Assembly: GCA_036679605.1 (NCBI GenBank)
Contig: JAZDCZ010000407.1
Location: 32,001 to 96,000, forward strand
Origin: Gemmatimonadota bacterium
GTDB lineage: Bacteria > Gemmatimonadota > Gemmatimonadetes > Gemmatimonadales > GWC2-71-9
Direction of reading: 5' to 3'
DNA: 64,000 nucleotides
Shown: positions 58,024 to 64,000 of the stretch, piece after piece
Layout of the letters: the number at the start of each line of letters is the position of its first letter
Position numbering within the stretch: position 1 is the stretch's first letter
The notes under the pieces: generated by a model
Told to the model about the DNA's origin: nothing
Databases searched by the model: none
What the model saw: only the letters and a program-made list of their open reading frames with translations
Position numbers and translations under genes: made by a program

Positions 58024-58857
58024 CTATGCTTTATTATACCGGACGATGTCAATGCCACGATCAGTGATATTTTTCCGTCCGGAGCGGCTGGCCCAGACGG
58101 TGTCCATGCCGGATTCCGGCATGATGTCTGGCTCGAGCATGGTTTTTTTGATGCCGAGGACGCGTTTGGATCTCGGCGCCAAACCTAAATGGGATGCACA
58201 TGACTTCATGCACCAGTAGCTGAACTCCGAGCAGCACAGGGAATCAAAGTTGGTGAAGTCGAAGTCGAAGTCGTAGGGCGTGCCGATACGGCTTATCGCC
58301 CTTTCGAGAACCGATGGCAGTATTTCCTCGCGGGCGACCCCCTCGCCCTCCTGTAGCCGAGTGTAAATCTCTAGCTCGTCCGGCGTGAACTGGGAGACGG
58401 GAATAAGGGATTCCGAGGAAATGTCGGATTTCCGGACGATGTCTGGTAGCCGAAGTATCGCCATGCGATCCGTCCTACAGAAATCCAGTAGATCTTCGCA
58501 GAGGACGCCCTCTGCCTTCGCATGAACAACCATCTGTGGACCAGGCTCAAAGAGTGCTTCGGCATCGATGCCTTCGGCCTGTTTGAGGTCGTCTATTGTC
58601 AGACGGCCCACATATGTTCCGGCGTGGCTGAAGAATCCCGGTATGAAATGGCCGTCTAGGTAATCGACATACCCGCGCAGCAGAACATCACCTGGCTGCA
58701 CGACATCCATCGCCTCGCGGCAGTCGATGCCCCGTACTTGATATCCCCTCGGTGCGTAGATTAGGAACATTGGCCACCTATAGACCTTGATATCGCCGAA
58801 TATGGTCAATAGCTTGCCCAGCAACGACTTATGGTATTTCATTTTTTTCTCGGCCAT
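58024..58857 (-). CDS. Permuted papain-like (YiiX/YebB, NlpC/P60-related) enzyme
   Basis: QPGDVLL, FSHAG, GTPYDF, CCSEF. Confidence 0.85.
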   Translation of the reverse strand: MAEKKMKYHKSLLGKLLTIFGDIKVYRWPMFLIYAPRGYQVRGIDCREAMDVVQPGDVLLRGYVDYLDGHFIPGFFSHAGTYVGRLTIDDLKQAEGIDAEALFEPGPQMVVHAKAEGVLCEDLLDFCRTDRMAILRLPDIVRKSDISSESLIPVSQFTPDELEIYTRLQEGEGVAREEILPSVLERAISRIGTPYDFDFDFTNFDSLCCSEFSYWCMKSCASHLGLAPRSKRVLGIKKTMLEPDIMPESGMDTVWASRSGRKNITDRGIDIVRYNKA

Positions 58858-58928
58858 GGTGCCTCCTTTTATCGTGTTGACGAGCCGCAAACAAAATTAA
58901 GGGCTAAAATAGAGGACTGGAGGTATGT

Positions 58929-59201
58929 GTGAAATCTATATTCGTGATAGCGGCCATAGTATTCCTGGCTGAGGCGGGTTGTATGCTGCGGTCCGCAGCT
59001 CTTGTCACGCAGCACGGGAAGTTGGCTGTGTTCCTTGGGACGATGGTTGGCACGGCTATCGCCGCCGTCATTGGTGTGTATTTCGGGGAATGGGCGGACA
59101 AGGCACTTCCGCATGGGATGGTGCATTGGATCGCAGGGCTGGTCCTCGCCGCCGTCGGCGCGTGGGTGATAGTTGAACACTACATTGGTGGTTCACATTA
59201 G
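58929..59201 (+). CDS. GDT1/UPF0016-like single-repeat membrane protein (degenerate motif)
   Basis: VFLAEAG in place of ExGD(K/R); three hydrophobic helices. Confidence 0.65.
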   Translation: MKSIFVIAAIVFLAEAGCMLRSAALVTQHGKLAVFLGTMVGTAIAAVIGVYFGEWADKALPHGMVHWIAGLVLAAVGAWVIVEHYIGGSH

Positions 59202-59211
59202 GGCGGGTTAT

Positions 59212-60579
59212 ATGGAAGAGTTCTTGGACTTGCCGCACGACGAGTTGGAGAGATTAAATCTGAAGGCCAAGCGGCTAAGGATTGCCGAGCCGACGAAGGC
59301 GGAGTCGGCGTATAGAGAATGGCTGAAGACTGAGAGAAAAATCAAGGCGGTGACAGTGTGCTTCTCGGACATCGAAGGCCGCCTCCACATGCTTGATTAT
59401 GACAAAAAATGGCTTCTGGCTCATGGTGACGCCCTGACATTTGACGGGTCGTCCATACAGGGATTCAGCGAACTGGGCGAATCTGATTTACGGTTAGAGT
59501 TGGATTGGCCCGCTTTCTATAGGCTGCCTGCGAGCGTGTTTAGGGCTGGCAAGGCGCTTGTGTTCGCCATTGTCCGCAACAGGGACGGATCGCCGTACCC
59601 AATGGATTTCAGAGGCAGGCTCGCAGACATGGATTTGGACGGACGCACCGTGTCCGCAGCTATGGAAATAGAGGGGTTCTTGTTCGACGGTGTGAACGCC
59701 GAGCAAACGTACTCAGGTGAGTTCTGGCCGTCGTCCTCCAAAGGTTACTGCCATTCGCTCCCCGGGGATTTGTTGCGTCAGTTCATGGATCGCGCGGCCG
59801 AGACGCATAGGGCGCTAGGTTTCGAGAACGAGAAGGATCATCCGGAAGTGGCTCCGGCGCAGTTTGAGATGAACTGGTCGCACACTGAGATGGCGATCGC
59901 TGCGGATCAAGTGCAGCTTTATAAGCTCGTGTGCCGGCAGGTGGCTAGCCAAATGGGGTGTACAGCGTGCTTCCTGCCCAAGCCAATCGCCGGGGTGAAT
60001 GGGAGCGGAATGCACACTAATCTGTCCGTCTCGGACTTGGGTGGAGAGAATCTTTTTCACGATCCATCGGCGGATGACGGACTGAGTGCGCTAGCTGTCT
60101 CGTTCGCCGATGGTATCTTAGCCCGCGCCAATGATATATGTCTGATCCTGAATCCCAGTGTGAACGCGTATAGGCGACTTGATCCGAACTATGAGGCGTC
60201 GAATCAGATAAGACGATCGTCCATCGATCGTGGGGCGATGATACGGGTACCCCTAGCTGAGCCGTCATCGGCTCGCATAGAAGTCAGATCCGTATCACCC
60301 GACGCGAACCCGTACATGCTGCTGTATGCGCTGGTCGGCTGCGGCATTTCGGGAAGCATGCCCCTCCGCGAAGGTAAAATTCTCCATGCCGACATACACT
60401 CGGCCATGGATGGATTCTCGGCGGATGACATTATAGGTGTCGATGAGGCGGCCAAATATGTCGCCCTCAAGAGGGCGACAGCCAGTCGCAGCCCGATGAA
60501 ATTAGGATCGCGGGTGAAGGTGTCTGAGGTAATCTTCCACCACGAAGTTACCAATCAGTCCCTGTGGAGCGATTTCTGA
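59212..60579 (+). CDS. Glutamine synthetase family protein
   Basis: FDGSSI.GF, E.EGF, HPEVAPAQFE, NGSGMH, NAYRRL, RIEVRS..PDANPY. Confidence 0.92.
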   Translation: MEEFLDLPHDELERLNLKAKRLRIAEPTKAESAYREWLKTERKIKAVTVCFSDIEGRLHMLDYDKKWLLAHGDALTFDGSSIQGFSELGESDLRLELDWPAFYRLPASVFRAGKALVFAIVRNRDGSPYPMDFRGRLADMDLDGRTVSAAMEIEGFLFDGVNAEQTYSGEFWPSSSKGYCHSLPGDLLRQFMDRAAETHRALGFENEKDHPEVAPAQFEMNWSHTEMAIAADQVQLYKLVCRQVASQMGCTACFLPKPIAGVNGSGMHTNLSVSDLGGENLFHDPSADDGLSALAVSFADGILARANDICLILNPSVNAYRRLDPNYEASNQIRRSSIDRGAMIRVPLAEPSSARIEVRSVSPDANPYMLLYALVGCGISGSMPLREGKILHADIHSAMDGFSADDIIGVDEAAKYVALKRATASRSPMKLGSRVKVSEVIFHHEVTNQSLWSDF

Positions 60580-60655
60580 TCGAGGAACGCCCTCTAACAC
60601 TCATATGCGGCATTGCATATTGTCTTTCCTCGTGCGGTGTTTCGGAGGATTGTAT

Positions 60656-61429
60656 ATGGTGCATCCGTGGCATGACGCTGATTGGTGGGATATGTACACC
60701 CCAGAGCTGGATAAGGATCGTACGCGATACGACCGTGCCATCATTGCTATGGCTGGCCTAGCCGATCGTCTGCACACTGCGATCCTTTCCTGCCAGTATA
60801 CGGATATCAACGGAATAATGGACGAATTCTTGCGGGTGCAGGACGAATATGCTGACCTCGGCGCGGCCGACAGTGAGTCGTCTATGGCAATGGCTAAGGT
60901 CGTGGAGGAGTCGAATCCATCGCTTGACGAGATAGCAGGGAAGGTGCGGTGGTGGGGCATCGTGGACAGGATTGCTAGCGCACTCAAGACCAGCTCGCCA
61001 TCCATAGACGCTTACCACGGAACAGTGTGGAACCTGTTGACAGGTGATTGGTTTGAGAAGTTGGATCCGTTGGAGGCGTGCAGGGCATTGGAATTCAGCG
61101 AGGACATGTACACCGCCCGTGGGCGGTGTTTGGACGCCAGAGATTTCGACAAAGGCGAGGTCGAGGTGGTGTTCCGTGCGAAAATAGAACTAGGCCGCGC
61201 TGAGAGGCATGGCGATGAGATATGGGTCCTTCGTCCCGACGCGGTATCTGAGACGCAGGCTAGGGCAATCGTTGGTGATGACCAATGGACGGGTTGGATG
61301 GATCCGGCCGACCTTTGGTGCTATCTGCTGAAGCTTAATGGGCTGTTGCCCCAAGGCGACGAGATCGCGATCATTCTGCTGGCAGCCGCAGATAGACTGG
61401 GGGATGGGCATGCGAATCTTCATACTTGA
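60656..61429 (+). CDS. Hypothetical protein with ART-like AYHGT motif
   Basis: AYHGT..LEFSED..EIWV. Confidence 0.55.
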   Translation: MVHPWHDADWWDMYTPELDKDRTRYDRAIIAMAGLADRLHTAILSCQYTDINGIMDEFLRVQDEYADLGAADSESSMAMAKVVEESNPSLDEIAGKVRWWGIVDRIASALKTSSPSIDAYHGTVWNLLTGDWFEKLDPLEACRALEFSEDMYTARGRCLDARDFDKGEVEVVFRAKIELGRAERHGDEIWVLRPDAVSETQARAIVGDDQWTGWMDPADLWCYLLKLNGLLPQGDEIAIILLAAADRLGDGHANLHT

Positions 61430-61793
61430 GGATAACAGCCGGCGCGTCGTGAAGTTCAGGCGGGAACTCATCGGCAACATTGTGGATCACGCCGAGACAT
61501 TGGATGTCGGTCGCAAGATGATACACGAGAACGAGTATGATCTTATTTTTTTAGATCATGATTTGGGCGGCAAGGAGATGGTCGATTCTGTGGATGAGGA
61601 CACAGGCTACCACCTCGCTCTCTTCATAGCCGATGATGACGCAAACAGAGATACGCTGTGCGTCGTCCATTCATGCAACCCAGCCGGAGCTGATAATATC
61701 GTTACCATCCTTCCGCACGCTGTTAAAGTACCGTTTCCCTCTCTGGATATCGCTGCAGCCGTCCGCTGGGCGGAGGGGAGCGGAAGTGAGTAA
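61410..61793 (+). CDS. Receiver-like domain of the cyclic-phosphate-processing type
   Basis: IFILEDN..R, IFLDHDLG, TG, VVHSCNP.GA. Confidence 0.8.
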   Translation: MRIFILEDNSRRVVKFRRELIGNIVDHAETLDVGRKMIHENEYDLIFLDHDLGGKEMVDSVDEDTGYHLALFIADDDANRDTLCVVHSCNPAGADNIVTILPHAVKVPFPSLDIAAAVRWAEGSGSE

Positions 61794-63684
61794 CGGAAAG
61801 CCGGACGGACAACAGCCTCCACGGATGCCGGCTTTCCGATTCCCAATGTTCCTTTTGCTGATAGTAGGTTTGGCCTTCCTGCTGTCTGGATTACGGCAAC
61901 CCATAGATGTCAGAGTGGATATTAATGAGTTTCGCAGCATGGTGGACAGCGGCACTATCTCGGCGATGACTATATCCGGTAACTCCATATCTGGGGAGAG
62001 GACGGACGGCTCCCGCTTCGCGTTGGACTACCCTGTCGGAGCCATTGACTCGGATTTCGTGAAGGAACTCCATGAGAGGGTACCAGACGCTGTCATCATT
62101 GTGGAGAAGCCCAGCGTATGGGTGCAATTGATGGTGATGATGCTCCCATGGTTGCTGATATTCGCCGTCGTCTGGTTTATGTTCCTCCGTCCCGGCGCTA
62201 AGACTGGCGGCAGTGGTCTCATGGGCGGCTTCGGCCGGTCGCGGCATTCCACAATGACTGCGGAGGAGGACACAAATGTCACTTTCGACGATGTTGCTGG
62301 GATCGAGGAGGCAAAAGAGGAGGTCTCGGAGATCGTCGAGTTCCTGAAGTCCCCCAAACGATTCACTAGGTTGGGCGGGCGCGTGCCGCACGGTGTCCTA
62401 TTAGTTGGTGCCCCTGGATGTGGTAAAACATTGCTCGCCAAGGCGATTGCTGGTGAGGCGAACGTGCCGTTTTTGTCGGTGACGGGTTCGGATTTTGTTG
62501 AAATGTTCGTTGGCGTCGGTGCATCTCGTGTGAGGAATCTTTTCGAGGAGGCGAGACAGCGCTCGCCGTGCATCATCTTTATAGATGAGATAGACGCTGT
62601 CGGCAGGAAACGCGGCAACTTCTCAGGCGGCCACGATGAGCGTGAGCAGACACTGAATGCCGTGCTGGTGGAGATGGACGGTTTCAAGAATGACGAGGGC
62701 GTGATAGTCCTCGCCGCCACCAATCGCGCCGACATACTTGACCCCGCGCTCGTCAGGCCTGGCAGGTTTGACAGGCAGGTGCATGTTCCGGCACCTGATG
62801 TGGATGGCAGGCTCGCCATACTGGGCATCCATGTCCAGAGTGTGGTGCTGGGTCCCGATGTTGATCTCCGGAGGATGGCGAGGGGTACCCCTATGTTCAG
62901 CGGCGCGGACTTGGAGGCTCTCGTCAATGAGGCGGCGATAGTTGCCACCATGAAAGGCAATGAACATGTGGGGCAGGACGATTTCGAGGAGGCGAGGGAC
63001 AAGATTAAGTGGGGGAAGGCTCGAAAGAGCCATGTCGCCACCGACGAGGAGCGGAGGCTCACTGCCTATCACGAGGCCGGACATGCGATCGTCCAAGCTC
63101 TGGAGGAGGAGGCTGATCCAATACACAAGGTGAGCATCATACCACGCGGTCCGTTCGGCGGCGCAACATTTTCCCTGCCTGAGAGGGACAGGACATACTA
63201 CACGAAAAGGCATGCCCTCGCCATGTTGCGGGTCATGCTGGGCGGCAGGGTTGCGGAGGAGGAGTTCCTCGGTGACATCAGCAGCGGGGCGTCGTCTGAC
63301 ATATGTCAGGCCACAGCACTCGCTCGGCGGATGGTGGAGGAGTGGGGTATGGACGACGAAATAGGATTTGTCCACCATGGGACGGACGGTGAAATGTGGT
63401 CGGTTAGGCCATCGCCGGACACCGCACGCAGGATCGAGGAGCAGATCAAGAGGCTCGTTGATGTGGCGAAGGACGGCGCGAGGCAGACAATCAAGGATGC
63501 CCTAGACAAGTGTGAGGAGATCGCGAAGGCACTACTCGAGTATGAGACCATAACGGGTGATGAGGTCACAGGACTCGTCGAGGGCAGGCCGATTGACAGG
63601 CCGGAGCCACCTTTGCCGACCACCGTCCCACCACTTTGCGACCGCAGTGTGGTGGACGATCTGCTTGATGGAGCCAACGGATAG
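61786..63684 (+). CDS. ftsH: ATP-dependent Zn protease FtsH
   Basis: Two TM helices, [28 protein letters not shown]. Confidence 0.97.
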   Translation: MSNGKPDGQQPPRMPAFRFPMFLLLIVGLAFLLSGLRQPIDVRVDINEFRSMVDSGTISAMTISGNSISGERTDGSRFALDYPVGAIDSDFVKELHERVPDAVIIVEKPSVWVQLMVMMLPWLLIFAVVWFMFLRPGAKTGGSGLMGGFGRSRHSTMTAEEDTNVTFDDVAGIEEAKEEVSEIVEFLKSPKRFTRLGGRVPHGVLLVGAPGCGKTLLAKAIAGEANVPFLSVTGSDFVEMFVGVGASRVRNLFEEARQRSPCIIFIDEIDAVGRKRGNFSGGHDEREQTLNAVLVEMDGFKNDEGVIVLAATNRADILDPALVRPGRFDRQVHVPAPDVDGRLAILGIHVQSVVLGPDVDLRRMARGTPMFSGADLEALVNEAAIVATMKGNEHVGQDDFEEARDKIKWGKARKSHVATDEERRLTAYHEAGHAIVQALEEEADPIHKVSIIPRGPFGGATFSLPERDRTYYTKRHALAMLRVMLGGRVAEEEFLGDISSGASSDICQATALARRMVEEWGMDDEIGFVHHGTDGEMWSVRPSPDTARRIEEQIKRLVDVAKDGARQTIKDALDKCEEIAKALLEYETITGDEVTGLVEGRPIDRPEPPLPTTVPPLCDRSVVDDLLDGANG

Positions 63685-63706
63685 ACTGTTTCAGGAGGAT
63701 GAGATC

Positions 63707-63931
63707 ATGAGGAAGCCGGAGAAGCCGGGCGCGGCAGGGCAGAAGGCCGCAGTGAACATCATGAGGCAGCGCGCGAAGGCGGAGGAGCGTCGTGGTGTAT
63801 CTGAGAACGCCGTGCGGGAGACGATGGATGAGTTTGAGGAGAGGCGGAAGGCAAAGGAGGCCATCGAGGCCGACGACGCGTCGAGCGGCACATCAGGTGG
63901 CGGGCGAGATGGCTTTGGCTTGGATATCTGA
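63707..63931 (+). CDS. Hypothetical protein
   Basis: AGGAGG RBS; 74 aa. Confidence 0.55.
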   Translation: MRKPEKPGAAGQKAAVNIMRQRAKAEERRGVSENAVRETMDEFEERRKAKEAIEADDASSGTSGGGRDGFGLDI

Positions 63932-64000
63932 TAAAGTTTCCGGCATATCCGGTGATTGGAAGATGTTTGCGAAATCCAATGGAGGGAACACTTGATGGCA

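Noticed and set aside
1..64000. Alternative genetic code (stop-codon reassignment)
   Set aside because: Conserved genes are full length in code 11, all three stops are used, and no suppressor tRNA was seen.

Overview
This 64-kb window looks like part of a very large mobile replicon (huge phage or megaplasmid; inferred, since no capsid, terminase or replication gene is in the window). It mixes isolated host-like genes (infC, rpsU, dnaK, dnaJ, ftsH, sppA, rne/rng, upp, galE, glutamine synthetase family, speD, deoxyhypusine-synthase-like) with conflict and effector genes: a >2250-aa multidomain ADP-ribosyltransferase-like protein, a macrodomain, a Pnkp-ligase RNA-repair fusion, two DNA methyltransferases, an HNH nuclease and a tyrosine recombinase. 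It also holds glycan-modifying genes, a 10-unit tRNA array and many scrambled remnants of two tnpB element families plus an IS1-like transposase. The most striking signal is upstream of the tRNA array: a sigma70-type promoter, a 32-aa leader ORF with nine consecutive codons read by the array's own anticodons, and mutually exclusive antiterminator/terminator hairpins. This suggests a ribosome-sensing attenuator controlling a backup tRNA operon. Other highlights are IS200/IS605-type insertions whose TTCAT target equals ATGAA on the opposite strand, so they split genes from their RBS or promoter; Gly-anticodon tRNAs with Glu-like bodies; and two putative ESCRT-III/PspA-like genes co-transcribed with a recombinase. 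All calls come from motif recognition by eye; no searches were run.
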